The notes under the pieces were generated by a model, which saw only the letters and a program-made list of their open reading frames with translations, made no database searches and was not told where the DNA came from. 64,000 nt of DNA, from assembly GCF_009914755.1 (NCBI RefSeq), contig NC_060931.1. One strand, given 5' to 3'. A program made the translations under genes and the position numbers. This stretch comes from the human T2T-CHM13v2.0 reference genome, Homo sapiens. Below are positions 1 to 18,300 of this stretch, piece after piece; the stretch's first letter is position 1, and the number at the start of each line of letters is the position of its first letter.

Positions 1-442
<442 letters not shown>

Positions 443-747
443 GCTAGGGGCCGACCCCAGACTCTGTGCTCCCAGAGGCAGCTCTGCCTGTGCAGGACAG
501 CAGCCACGGCCGAGGGTGGGGACGCCTGGAGATGCCCAGTGATGCTGCCCCGGCGTCTTCTCCTCCACCCGGCCCTCCTCCTCACTCAGTCCCTGGGCTC
601 ACACCTCACACCACGGGGACATGGGGTACAATGCGGATGCTCAGGTAGGAGTTAGAGGCTCGGGCCCCAGGGAAATGGAAGCACTGGAGCCATTGTCAGA
701 AAAGCAGGGGTAGCTGGGCATCTAGGGGCCTGGGTGGGCCGGGAGGT

Positions 748-1428
<681 letters not shown>

Positions 1429-2549
1429 AAAGGGGGCACAGGGATGGAGGAATGTGAGGGGCGGTGGGACCTGGAGCCATTGGCCCAGCCCTTTCCACCT
1501 GCAAGGGGCCTGCGGGAGGTCCCATGAATGGGGGTGTGGGTATCACTGAAGATGGGTGTGTGCAGGGTGTGACAACATGTGGGACATGGGACTGCCAGGA
1601 CAGAGACACCTTGGGGGCCTTTTAAGGGTCAGGGACCCCACACCATGCCATCAGCAGGAAGCCTCAGGGACAGGTGGCATTGAGAACCCACTGCCCTGCC
1701 TTCTACACATTAGGAGCCCAGACCCAGCACTGCAAGGAGAAGGGAGGGGAGCTGAGATGGTCAGAGGCTGTTTCCATCGCCCTAGAGAGGCAGAGGCAGC
1801 CCACAGCCCGGTTACAGATAATCACGAATTGCCCCTTCCCCAGCACCCCTCAGTTTGGGGCCCGAGCTGGCCCTGCAACATGCCTGTGTCTTGTTGCTTC
1901 TCTTGGGGTCCACACATCCACCCAGAGTCTGGGGCAAAGTCACCAAGAAAGACCAGTTCCCTCCAAGCCAGAAACAGGAATTCTTGAAGCCACAGTAGTT
2001 AAGAGTTCCCTCGTCCAGGGACACCACCAGCTCAGAGCTAGCGGCTGTACCTGTAGGAAGAAGAGGGGTCTGGGGAAGAGGAGGGATCCCTAACAGGCCA
2101 GCTCCCCACTGCTCTCTCCCCCATGCCTTGTCATTGGATCTGAAGCCTGAAAGCTGTGGGCTGGGAGGTGGCGTTGGCGGGGTCTTAGGCTTGAAGGCTC
2201 AGCTGTGGGTGTGGAGGGGGAACAGCAGCCCCAGTGTCCAGCCCTTGGGCCCCTTCTCCTCCAGCTCCCTCCAGGAACGGGAGTCCTCCCACGGCGGGAT
2301 TAGGTGTGGGAGATGGGACCGGCAGCCCCTCTGAGGCCGTCTGAGCCCCGGGGCATGAGGCATCTGCTTCAGACTGTGAGAGGGTTCCACGCAGGTGTGT
2401 GGGGAAAGGAAGGGGCCACTGATCGGGGTGAGCGTGGTGGGGCGTCCACCTTACATCTCCCCCCTCCCTCCATTCGGGACTTCACTTGGACATTACCTTC
2501 TCTGTGTTTTAAATTTGTATTTATTTTCATTACTTTTAAAAGTAAACAA

Positions 2550-3131
2550 TTTTGTTTTCTGAGACAAGGTCTCTCTTGCTCTGTCACTCAGGCTGGAAGT
2601 ACGGTGGCACGATCACAGCTCACTGCGGCCTCAACCGCCTGGGCTCACATGATCCTCCTGCCTCAGCCTTCCAAGTAGCCGAGTAGGTGCGTGGCTGGCT
2701 GATTTTTAAATCTTTTGTAGAGATGTGGTCTGGCCGGGCCTGGTGGCTGACGCCTGTAATCCCAGCACTTTGGGAGGCCGAGGCAGATGGATCACTTGAG
2801 GCCAGGAGTTCAAGACCAGCCTGGACAATATGGTGAAACCCCATCTCTACTAAAAATACAAAGATTAGCTGGGCATGGTGGCAAGTGCCTGTAATCCCAG
2901 CTACTAGGGAGGTTGAGGTGGGGAGAATTGCGTGAACCCAGGAAGTGGAGGTTGCAGTGAGCCGAGATCTCACCATTGCACTCCAGCCTGGGCAGGAGAG
3001 CGAGACTCCATCTCAAAACAAACAAACCCAGAGACATGGTCTTAGGCTGGTCTCAAACTGCTGGGCTCAAGCGATCTTTCCACCTTGGCCTCCTAAACTG
3101 CTGGGATTACAGGCATGAGCCACCGGCACCT
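2550..3131 (-). mobile_element. Antisense AluJ interrupted by a sense AluS (2732-3029)
   Basis: AluJ halves at ~2550-2731 and ~3043-3131. The inner Alu starts GGCCGGGC at 2732 with TSD AGAGA(TG/CA)TGGTCT. Confidence 0.88.
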
Positions 3132-3716
3132 GACCCTTTTTTTTTTTTTTTTTTGGTTGTAAAATTCACATAATGTAAAATTTACTGTTTTAGTCACTTC
3201 AAAGTGACAATACAGTGGAATCAATTTCACTCACAATGTTGCACGACTACCACCCCCAGCTCTCCCTGGTTCCCAAACATTTTCCCCACTTCCAAAGAAA
3301 CCCCGTTAAACAGTCACTCCTGAGCCCCTGGCCCTCAGGCCCTGGCAACCACCAATCAACTTTTGGTCTCTATGAATTTGCTTCTTCCAGAGATGACATA
3401 TTAATGGAACCCTATAATATGTGCTTTCTTTGTGTCTGGCTTCTTTCACTTACATCCTAATGTCTTCAGAGTTGATCCGTGTTGCAGTGTGTATCAATAC
3501 TTTATTCCTTTTTCATGGCTGCATAATATTCCATGGTATTGAGAGACCACATTTTGTTTATCCATTCATCCATTAATGGATATTTGGGTTGTTTCCACTT
3601 TTTGACAAGTGCAAATAATGCTCCTATGAACATTTGTGTACAAGTTTTTGTGTGACACCTGCTTTCAGTTCTTTGAGGTCTGTACATAAGAGTGGAATTG
3701 TTGGGTTGTATTGTAA

Positions 3717-4133
<417 letters not shown>

Positions 4134-4278
4134 CTGCTTTCCTTTTTTTAAAAAAAGATTATGACAAACCCAATGAGTGTGGCTTGGTCTCTCCCTGTGG
4201 TTTTGATTTGCATTTCCCTAATGATTAGCTATGAGCAGCTTGTCATGGGCTTGTTGGCCAGTTGTATGTCTTCTTTGA

Positions 4279-4608
<330 letters not shown>

Positions 4609-4952
4609 TCTTTGCTCATTTTTAAGTTGAGTGGTTTGTCTTTTTGTTCTTGAGTTAAAAGAGTTTTTTATATTATACTATACTATATAGTTCTTTATAC
4701 AATATTTTGGAGAGTAGACCTCTTATCAGATATATGACCTATATGATTTGCAAATATTTTCTTCTATAAATGTTTGTGTGAGGCAGGGGTCCAGCTTCAT
4801 TCTTTAAAATGTGGCTCTCCAGCTGTCCCAGCGTCATTTGTTGAAAAGACAATTCTTTCACCATTGAATGGCCTTGGCATCCTTGTAAAAAACCAGTTGT
4901 TCATAGATGTATGAATTTACTTATGGATTCTTACTGATCAATACGTTTTTCC

Positions 4953-5381
<429 letters not shown>

Positions 5382-5638
5382 TAAAGAGTCCCGGTTCCTC
5401 CAATCTTTACCAGTACTTAATATGGTCAGTCTTTTTAACTTTAGGCATTCTAATAGGTGTTCAGAGCTATCTTATGGTTTTAATTTGAATTTTCCTAACG
5501 ACTAATGACATTGTATATCTTTTCAGGTGCTTACTTGCCATCTATGTGTCTTTTTGGTGAAGTATCTGTTCAAATCTTTGGCCCATTTTAAAATTCAGTT
5601 GTTTGTTTTCAGATCTATGGTTTGCAAATATTTTCTCA

Positions 5639-5986
<348 letters not shown>

Positions 5987-6549
5987 AAAGAGCAGAAGGT
6001 CTTTAATTTTGATGATGTCCAGTTTATTAAGTTTTATTTGGATCACACTTGATGCCATGTCTAAAAAATCTTTACCTGTAAGAAAAGAGCGCAGAGATGC
6101 TCTTCTATGTTTTCTTATGGAAGCTTTATAATTCTAGGTTTCACATTTAGGTCTATGATCCATTTTGAGTTTACTTTTGTATATAGTGTGAACTATGGAC
6201 CAAAACTCCTTTTTTGCGTGAACAGATATCCAAACGTTGCAACCCATTTGATGAGAAGCCTCTCTTTTCTCCACTAAGTTGCCTTTGCATCTGTGTCAAA
6301 ATTAGTTGTCCATGTATATGGGCATCTATTTCGAGACTCTTATTCTGTTTTATTGATCTATTTGTCTGTATTTATAGCAATGCCACACTGTTTTGATCAC
6401 AATAGTTTTGTCATATGTCTTGAAATCAGGGAGTGCCAGTGCTCCAACATCACTCTTTTCAATGTTGTTTTGGGTCTTCTAGGTCCTTTGCATTCCATAT
6501 GAATTTCACACTTGGCTTGTCAATTTCTGGAACACAAATAAGAAAAACT

Positions 6550-7007
<458 letters not shown>

Positions 7008-7214
7008 CTACACAGAGACACACGGCCTTTCCCATTACTCACGGAGTTTCTTGGGGCTGGAAATCATCACGTTTTCTCTGCAGTACACAAAGAGCCCAGC
7101 AGTGTTGGGTACATGGAAGGTTTTTCCTAAGGTTTTGATAATATTTCCAGACTAATTCTTTATATAATGGAATAAAATCAGTATGCTAGTGGGGATGTCT
7201 AATGCTGTGAGTTC

Positions 7215-7865
7215 CCACTCACCCCATCCACCTATCATTAACCCATCCATTCAGTCATCCATTCATCTACTTGTCTACCCACCCATCCATCTATCCATCC
7301 ACCCATCTACTCATCCACACATCCACCCTTCCATCCATCCACCTGTCTATCCATTCATCCGTCTATCCATACACTCATCCATCTCTCCATCCATTCATCC
7401 ACCATCTACCCATCCATCCCTCTACACTCTGTCCATTTAACCATCCACCATCCATCCATTTATCCCATCCACCCACCCATTCATCTATCCATCATCCACC
7501 CATTCACCCACCCATTCATCCATCCATCCATCATCCACCCACCCGTTCATCCATCCATCCATCATCCACCCACCCGTTCATCCATCCATCCATCATCCAC
7601 CCACCCATTCATCCATCCATCATCCACCCATCTACCCACCTATTCATCTATCCATTTACCCATTCACCCACCCATTCCTCCATCCATCATTCACTCATCC
7701 ACCCACCCATTCATCCATCCACCTACTCATCCACTCACCCATTCATCCATCCACCTACTCATCCACCCACCCATTCATCCATTCACCTACTCATCCACCC
7801 ATTCATTCATCCATCCATCATTCACCCATACCTCCTTCTATCTTCTTCCACATACTCATCCCAAT
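7215..7865 (+). repeat. Degenerate (CCAT/TCCA)n tetranucleotide repeat, ~650 bp
   Basis: Continuous CATCCATCCACCCATTCAT runs; the source of the His/Pro/Ser pseudo-ORFs. Confidence 0.95.
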
Positions 7866-8471
7866 TTCTGATCAGCAACTGTTTTGGACACTGGGCCACA
7901 GATGTGCCTTCCAAGACCTAAGTTGCCTTATCTTTAAATGAAAGAGTCGAATGAACCCATTTCCCAGGGCCCTTCACACTCTGGCATTCTTTGACTTCTA
8001 TGCAGGCACAACCTTCCATAAGAAGGGTGAGGAGCTGGGCCATGTCAGAGAGAAGACCTGATGTCCACTGACGTGGGGCACAGACCGAGATTTCACCACC
8101 GTTTCCCTTGCCCCTATTTGAACCAAGGCCACAGGAACTGAGATCCCATCATAGGGGCAAGCATAGCAAACGTCCCAGAAATGGCCCCTATTGGTTGCAG
8201 GTGGCTTAACTGGGCATCCAGAGGGTGTCCCTTACTGTCCCGTTCCAGTGGGAGCCACCTGATGACCTCTGCAGCCACGGAATCCACAGTACACTGAAGA
8301 AGTAGTTGTTGGGCACAGAGGGCTGAGAGCCAGTCTAAAGGCAGGGCAGGGGCCTCCTCAGGGAAGCCTCAGGCTTGTCTTCCCCCAGGGAAGTGTCCAG
8401 GTCCATGATGTCACCGCTGAAGCTGCAAGCCACAGACATGGTCTTTGAGCTGACATCATCATCAGACCTAG

Positions 8472-9160
<689 letters not shown>

Positions 9161-11089
9161 GTGTCCCCAGCCAGGCCTGAATATCAGTAGGGCTGCCGAG
9201 CAGTGAAGCTGACATCCACGGATGGCCTTCCAGGGTCGGGAGAGGCAGGACCCTGCAAGGAGGGCATTGACCCCTTGCCTCTTCTGCCTCCCCCCACCGT
9301 GGGGACCCTGGGCAGTCCTTGACTCCCTGGCAGTGCAGGGCCAGGTGAGACGGCACTGGCTAGGCCCCGGTGGAGGTTTTCACCTCCGCACTTCTCTCTG
9401 TTCTTCTGCTCTGTGGCTTCTGCCTCAGTGGGGAGGTGGACAGAGCTGAGTACAAAGAAATCAATGGACTTTCAGGATGAATTTTTAAAGACCAGCAGCA
9501 GTGGCACTATTCTAAAGCACAGAGGATTTCTTTTGCAAGAGCAGGGCTTTTTGAGAAAGGAAAAGGTTTTAAGTGAGAACATGGACTTTACTGGCTTAAG
9601 CCGTAGAGCGGGGGAGGCTGTGGGGAGCCTCTTTCCTGTCTGAGAGAAGGCAAGGGTTGGACCATGGGGGGGGGGCAGGGAAAGGGTGCCCCAGTCCCTC
9701 ACGTGGCCACTGCCTGGGTGAAGCCACATGGGGGTGGCTGCTGGGAGACCCAGGGGAGCGGGGGGGGGATGTCAACGTAGACCTGTGCTTGATACACTCC
9801 TTAGAAGTCTGGAGAAATCCTCACACCAGCACAGGGGTGTCCCCCAGGGGAGAGGAGCCCCAGCCATGGCTCCGGCAAGCCTGTTGGGGCAGGGGGCAGT
9901 TCACGTCCTGGTGGTCCCTAAGAGGTGGGCCGGGCTCCAGCAAGCAGGAGGTCTCGAAGTTAGCACAAAGAGTTCCCAAGGGGTGTTAGTGGACACGGAG
10001 GGCAGGGTTCCTGGATAGCTGGGCCAGACTGGCCACAGAACCTGTGGGAGCCTTACCTGGGCCCCATGTGGAGGCACAGGCAGGCGGATGGGGGAGAGGG
10101 GGAGGGCGGAGGAATCAGGACAGAGTGAGTGCTGGCCCTGAGGCTGAGACAGCTGGAAGGGGTGGGTGACCCTGAGTGGGCTGGCGACAAGGGTGATTCC
10201 TGGGGAAGCAGAGAGTTCCTGCAGAAGGGACTTGGTTCTGCAAACTCACTGCTCAGCTTCCACATGGCCCTTAAGCCCTGCTCCTCTGCGGCAATCTTCC
10301 TTCTGTGGGGTTTTTGGGTACCCTCCACCACACTGACTCAGGACAGCCCTTTCCCATGAAGGTCACTGTGGTGGGGAGAACAGACAGCCCCGTTGCCCTG
10401 GGAGGCCACAGGTGAGTCCTTGTCACTGCGCTCTGAAGCTGGCTGGGAGGCCCTGAGTTCCCTGACATGCAGCCCCTGGTGGGGGACTTGGGGGTGCTGA
10501 CATTCATGCAGAGAGAGGGGCTGGGGTCTGGGGTCTCACCATGCATCCCCTAATGCTGCCTGGTGCTGTAGCATTTTCTGGACAAGAAAACAAGCCCTCC
10601 CAAACCTGGGCTTCTCCTGGGGGAGCCACCTTTCACTGACAGTGGCACAGGTGCCTGGGTGGGTGCTCAGGCTCTCCCCTCATTCCTGCAATGATCTAGG
10701 CAGGCGGTAACCCCCAACCGTGCAGGGTGTCAGAGAGCAGAACCCAGAGGCCCTTCTGTCCCCACCTTCCCCTGCAACTGTGGCCTGCTTGGTCTGAAAC
10801 CACTCTCATAGCTCTGTATGTGTCTCTCCTCATTGTCTCTCTGCCCAACTCCCGGATCTCCCTCTCCATCCCCGTGTCTCCCTCCAGGCTAGCCTTGTAG
10901 TGGGGCTGCTGGGTAGGTGTGGCCAAGGCAGGATTTGGGAAGAATGGGTTGGGGTCAGCTGCCCCGGGTACCTTCTGCAGGTGCTCAAGGCTCTGCAGGA
11001 GCTTGTAGAAGTCCCTCCTTCCCAACTCTGTCGCTGTCCCTCTCTCCGGAGCACCCTAGATTCCTGCCCCTCTATGTCTTCCCTGTGTG

Positions 11090-11590
11090 CTTCAGCTGAG
11101 TGAGTGACGCCCCCTTGACTCACTCCTCTCTCAGGCTCTGTCATGACTGATCTTCTCTGAACACCATTGTGGGTCAGGTCATGGGAGCACAGGGATGGAT
11201 GTGGGGCTGGGAGTCCACTTTCAAGAGTGTGCATCCCATGGCTGGCAGGTGGGCACCAGCTGTCACTGAGAGCTCAGGCTGGGCTATGGGCCACTGTCCT
11301 CAGTTCCTGTCCATGTGTCCTCTCCATGGGCTGTTGGGCTTCCTCACATCATGGCAGCTGGGTTCTAAGAACGAACACCCCCAATAAAGCAAGGTGGAGT
11401 GCAGGGCACTTAGAAGTCAAGTAGCATCACCTTTGCCAAGTTCTATGGGACGAGGGTCTGCCCAGAGTCAAGGGGAAGGGATGGAGACCCCAACACTTGA
11501 TGAGAGAAAGGTCAAGGTCACATTGTGAGAAGAGACTGTTGAATGGGAGATATCATTGCAGCTATCTTTGGAAAAGACAATCTGCCACAC
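11090..11590 (-). mobile_element. MaLR LTR (MLT1G/H/J-like)
   Basis: CTCTCCATGGGCTGTTGGGCTTCCTCACATCATGGCAGCTGGG; ends AATCTGCCACA. Confidence 0.7.
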
Positions 11591-11940
11591 ATCCCCAGAG
11601 TGGGTTGGGTTATGTCAGCTCTCTGGGCTCTGCTGTGTGAGTGATGCACCCAGCCAGGGGCCCTCACACCCATCTGGCAACCCCATATGTGAGAACAGGG
11701 CCTACAGTGGCCCCAGCAGTCATGGGGATCCTGCAGCCAAGTCCTGTTGCTTCCTAAGCAATCTCCTACCCAAAGCCTCCATGGCCCCTGTTTTCCACAT
11801 GGAGGAATGAATTTAGCTTTGCCCTGAGTGGGCAAAATCTGGCAATGGTTTAAGAAAAGCTTTAAGTTTGACAAAGTGCTCTCTTACTTACAAATTTAGT
11901 TTATTTATTGTTATTTTATTTTGGTTCACAAAGCAAATGG

Positions 11941-12465
11941 GTATTAGTTTTTATTGCTGCACAACAAATTACTCAGATTACCTCAAAATCTAGCAAATTA
12001 AAATAACATGTATCATCTCCCATAATTTCTGGGGTAAATAATTAGGTAGTGGCTTAGCTGGGTGGTTCTGGCCCAAGGACTCTTATGAGGTTGCAGTCAG
12101 GAGCAGCTAGACAAGGCTGCATTTATCTGAAGGCTTGACTGGGGCAGGAGGCTCCCTTCCAAGATGGCACCTGCACAGGGCTGTTGGCTGGAGGCCTCAG
12201 CTCTTCACCCTGTGGCCCTCTCCATAGGCTGCTTAGGTTTCCTTGTGCCCTGATGACTGGTTTCCCCAGTGTGAGAAATCCGTAGAGCAAGAAAGAAGTG
12301 CATTGTTTTTGTGGCCTAGTCTCAGAAGCCACACACTGTTTCTCCCAGGATATCCTATTATTGCATAGGTCTGCCCTATTCAAAATGGGAAGAGACTATA
12401 CAAGGGCATAAACACCAGGAGGGGAGGATCCATCATTGGAGGCCCTCTTAGAGGCTGGCTGTCCG
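11941..12465 (-). mobile_element. MaLR LTR (MLT1F/H-like)
   Basis: TATTAGTT..ATTGCTGC..ACAAATTAC start, GGCTTAGCTGGGTGGTTCTGG, CCAAGATGGC. Confidence 0.75.
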
Positions 12466-12929
12466 AGTTTATGAAATGTTTTCTGGATTTTGAAGTACTT
12501 TGGAGTTTGCACAGAACTTTATTATCTTACAGCTGATTTTTTACATGAATTATCTCACTAACCCCTGAGATATTCCCTTATTTCCTTTGAAGGGACTGGG
12601 ATGGGGCTTTGCGAGTCATCGTGCCTTTTGTTGTGCCTTTACCTGGGTTTCCAGACTTTGTGGGGCCCAGGAAGTCACCCTGGAGGTGAGGCCCAGCTCC
12701 AGGCCCCAGAGATGAGGCCAGAGTGAAGAACGAAAGGGTCCGTGAGTCGGCCCTGGGTCAGAGAGAAGCAGAGCAGGCCAAGGGCCTGAAAACACAGCAG
12801 AGTTCATATGGAGGGTTGGGCCCAGGCTGAGGCATCCACCTGGGAGGCCAGGTCTCTGTGTGTCCCCTCAGAGTGTTTGTTTGCCAGACTCACGGTCACT
12901 AAGGTTTTCTCCATGAAAATGCAAGCTAC

Positions 12930-13245
<316 letters not shown>

Positions 13246-13249
13246 CTAC

Positions 13250-14095
<846 letters not shown>

Positions 14096-14166
14096 AGAAC
14101 ACAGTACCCACTTCTCTGGAGTGTTGGGAGGATTTATTAATTAATTTTTTGAATTTGAAAATAGAA

Positions 14167-14554
14167 GGTCAGGCATGGTGACTCACACCTGTAATCCCAG
14201 CACTTTGGGAGGCCAAGGTGGGTGGATCACTTGAGCCCAGAAGTTTGAGACCAGCCTAGGAAAATAACATGGTGAAACCCCATCTTTATAAAAAAAATAC
14301 AAAAATTTAGTGCTGAGTGAGGTTGTGCACATGTGTAGTCCCAGCTCTTGGGTGGCTGAGGCAGGAGGATCGCTTGAACTCAGGAGGCGGAGGTTGCAGT
14401 GAGCCGACGTCACGCCACTGCCCTCCAGTCTGGGCAACAGAGCAAGACCCTGTCTAAAATGCCCAGGCTGGTCTCGAACTCCTGGGCTCAAGCAATCCTC
14501 CCGCCTCAGACCCCCAAAGTGCTGGGACTACAAGCATAAGCCCCCATGCCCAGC
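14167..14554. mobile_element. Sense Alu (14167-14459) abutting an antisense Alu left arm (14460-14554)
   Basis: Orientation switches at 14460 after a very short A tail. Confidence 0.85.
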
Positions 14555-14659
14555 TGGGAGGATAAATTTAGTTGGTGGATGTCAATTCTGTGGCACAGCA
14601 TGGCAGGCAGGAAGGACTAAGTAACTGCGCCATTATTTTTATGCCTTCCTGTGTTGCTT

Positions 14660-14790
14660 TCATCCCACTCAACGGATTCAGCTTGCAGATGGGGAAACTG
14701 AGGCCAAGAGAGAGGCAGGGTATTTGCAGGATTTGGTCACCAGGTCAGAGTCCAAGCTGGACCCAGCAGCCAGGCCCTGGCCTGTGGACA
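14660..14790. mobile_element. MIR fragment
   Basis: MIR core CAGATGGGGAAACTGAGGC. Confidence 0.65.
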
Positions 14791-15334
14791 GCATGTTCCC
14801 ATTCCTTCCTCCACACTAGCAGAGCCAACACCCTGCTACTGAACCTCCCTCTCAGTTATGGGAGCGGCTGTCTCCAAGCTTCCCTATTAGCTGGCTTAGG
14901 GCAGCATTAATTGGGCAGAACCGGGAGTGAATACTCCTCCTGGAACCACCCAGCTAATAAGCTCACCATTGAAGTGTGATGGGAGTACCGCCGGGGAGCC
15001 CGTGCTGGGCTGGAGTAATTTAATCCGAGAAGAGAGAGTCATGAGATGCCAGGCCCATCAGCCCTGACGGCGCTGAGAGGAGGGAGGGAGGGAGGAGGCA
15101 GGGCTTTGAGCTTCTGCTTTGAAAACCTGAGCCCTGAATTTCCGAGTGAGGACAGGAAGCCAACAGCCTCGCTCCAGTTGCGGATAAAGGAGCCAGAGAG
15201 AGTCCTGGTCTTGCCTCATCCCAAAGCCACTGGGGCTGCGGGCTGGGGGAGGGTGATGGGCAGGGCTGGGGAGGGACAGGGGCAGGGTTGGTGTCCAGGT
15301 GCGGGTGTCTCTTCACACAGGCTTCCTTGTTTTC

Positions 15335-15632
15335 TCATTTTTATTTTATATATGTTTTTAAGAAACAGGGCCTTATTCTGTTGCCCAGGCAGGAGTGCAG
15401 TGGCCAATTCTAGCTCACTGCAGCCTCACCCTCGGGCTCAAGAGATCCTCCCGCTTCAGCTTCCGCAGTAGCTGGAACTACAGGTGCCAGCACACCCAGC
15501 TAATTTTCATATTTTTTTGTAAAGATAGGGTCTCCCTATGTTGCCCAGGCTGGTCTCAAACTCCTGGGCTCAAGCAATCCTCCCACCTTGGCCTCCCAAA
15601 GTGCTGGGACGACAGGTGTGAGCCACCGCCAC
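15335..15632 (-). mobile_element. AluJ element
   Basis: Antisense Alu with CTCCTGGGCTCAAGCAATCC. Confidence 0.88.
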
Positions 15633-15649
15633 CACCCCCCACATCCGGT

Positions 15650-15975
15650 GCTTTGGATTATCTGTTGCTATTTAACAAACCTTCCCAAACTCAGTTTCAT
15701 AAAACAACAGTTCTTGATTCTGCTCAGGAATCCTCCATCTGTGCAGGGCCGGGCAGGGAGGCCTCGTCTGCTCCTCAACACGGTGCAGGGCAGCTCAACG
15801 GGGACTAAAGGACCCTTATTCAAGATGGAGCACCTGCTGGACTGGCAGTTTGGTGCCATCTGTGGGTCTCTCCCTGGGGCCCTGGCATCCTCAGAACAGG
15901 CTATGTGGGTGCCCACAGCAGGTGTCCCAAGACAGCCACCCAGGTGGGAATGGTATTGTCTTTTGTGACCTCGCT
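15650..15975 (-). mobile_element. Old MaLR LTR fragment (MLT1J/K/L-like)
   Basis: TTATCTGTTGCT..AACAAACC..CCCAAACTCAGT, CAAGATGG, TTTTGTGACCT. Confidence 0.55.
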
Positions 15976-16473
15976 AGGGGATGTCGGTGGGGTCCCCAGG
16001 CCTTCTTCTGGGGGATCCAAGAGGCGCCCCTGTATCCCTCAGCTGAGCCCTTCAGCATCAGACCAGCCCAGCCCCGGACAAATTCTCCAAGTTAACAAGT
16101 TCAGGGCCGATGATTAAGTAGACTCACAAAGTTGATGAAAAAATCGGGATATAAATAAATATTCCTGGAGATATTCCACCCCCTGCAGGCATGAACTTTG
16201 AATAATTGGAGAGAATTATGCTGAGGACTAATCAAAACTTTTTTTTTTCCTTTTGCTAATTACCTCTGGGTTTCATCAGTGTCAGAGTCTAATCAACTCC
16301 AGACATCTTAATTGACCCTCGGGAAATGTTAGAAATGGTGAGGGCTTTGGTGTCGTAGGGAAGGGGGGCTGGGAGCTGAGAGGAGCCGGGGGTCCTGGGT
16401 CCAGAGCCACCCTGGTCTGGGGTGGGGACTGGTACATGGGTGAGGGGGGGCCTGGTTCTCGGGAGGCCTCTGA

Positions 16474-16930
<457 letters not shown>

Positions 16931-17979
16931 GGGCCTCTTGGTGTCTCCAAGTAGAAGGAGGGTTTGGTTTCTTCTCCTGATGGGAATCATTTGCATATGA
17001 TACAAAATTTCTCTTCCAAAATGTAACTCCAGCAAAGACAGGCCCTGCCTTGGAGCCACTGGCGTTGGAAGCACTGTTTCCTGCCGTGTCTCGGAAGGGG
17101 GCGCTGTGGCACGTGGCAGCAGAGCCAGCGCGCTGCAGCCCTCTCTGAGCCCCGGGTGGTCCACCCCTCGGCCCCTGCTGGGGTGGATCACCCACCCCTG
17201 TTCTTGGGCATTTTGAAGGCTCAGGAAAGCCTTTGACCAAATTCAGAGGCAAAACTCATTCACCTGGAAATCCGCCCCAATAACCTCTGCTCAGGAAGCC
17301 AAATGCCCAAACTAGACCCCTCAGCTTCAAACATCCCCAACCCCAGCCCCCACGCCCAGCAGCCCCAGACCCCATGATGCCAGGAGCCACCACCAGCAGG
17401 CCCAGGCTGCCCCCCTCAGTGGGGAGCTGCACCCCAGACTGGGTCAGCCTCCCACCGCTGCAGCTCGGAGCTCCCTGGTCCCCCCAGCCTTGCCCCAGGC
17501 CCGTGCTGGCCCGTGCACGTGCACTCTGCAGCTTCAGCGGGCCTGGCCTCCCCTCCACCTCCTCTCTTCCCAGCGAGTTACTCTAGCCCTTCTCCAAGCT
17601 GGCTACCACCTCGCCTTTCTCCCCCAGCCCACCTCTCCCCTCCATGCCCCACCTGCCCACTGGTCCCCCTCCACTCTCAGCCGAGCTCCTGACGGTGCCC
17701 ACAAACCCCACCCAGACCTACGCCTTCCCCAGTCTTCCCCTATCTAAGGTCATCAGACAGACACAGAGCTGGGAGCCCTCCCTGCACCCCCTTTGGCCCC
17801 ACAGAGGGTCCCCAGCTCCGTCCTCTCCCTGCCCCATCTGTCCTCACACTCAGGTACCCTTCCTGGCTCAGAACAGCCGGCTGTTCCCCAGGGTCCCGAG
17901 CCCTCACCCTGCCTGCCCCCTGCCCCATGTGTGGCCTTCCATCTGTCCACCCAGCCAGCTCGCCCGGCTGCAGGGTGTT

Positions 17980-18300
17980 GGCACTTGGTGTCCTTCAGCT
18001 GGGGTTCCTCACAGCGTCGCTGCTTCTCACCATCCAGGTCTCGGCTCAAAATCCCTCTCCTGGGAGAGGCCATTCCGGAACCCCAGGTTCAAGCACAGTG
18101 CTACCCCCTTCTCCCGCCCCCCAGCTCTTTCCATCGCATTGCCATGGTTGACTTACTTCACTGTCTGAAATCCGTTCTTCCCTCCCCCTCTCTCTCCCTA
18201 ATTTGCTAAAATGTCGGTTCCACGAGGCCAGGGTTCTGTGCCCTTTCCTGTTGATCCTGGTACAAGAGCCCCGGCCACAGGGCAGGCTCACGGCAAGGCT
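17980..18300. mobile_element. L2 3' fragment
   Basis: AGGTCTCGGCTCAAAAT..CTCCTGGGAGAGGCC and AATGTCGGTTCCACGAGGCCAGGG resemble the L2 3' end. Confidence 0.55.

Noticed and set aside
7183-7921. His/Pro/Ser-rich ORFs
   Set aside because: Translations of the (CCAT)n repeat.
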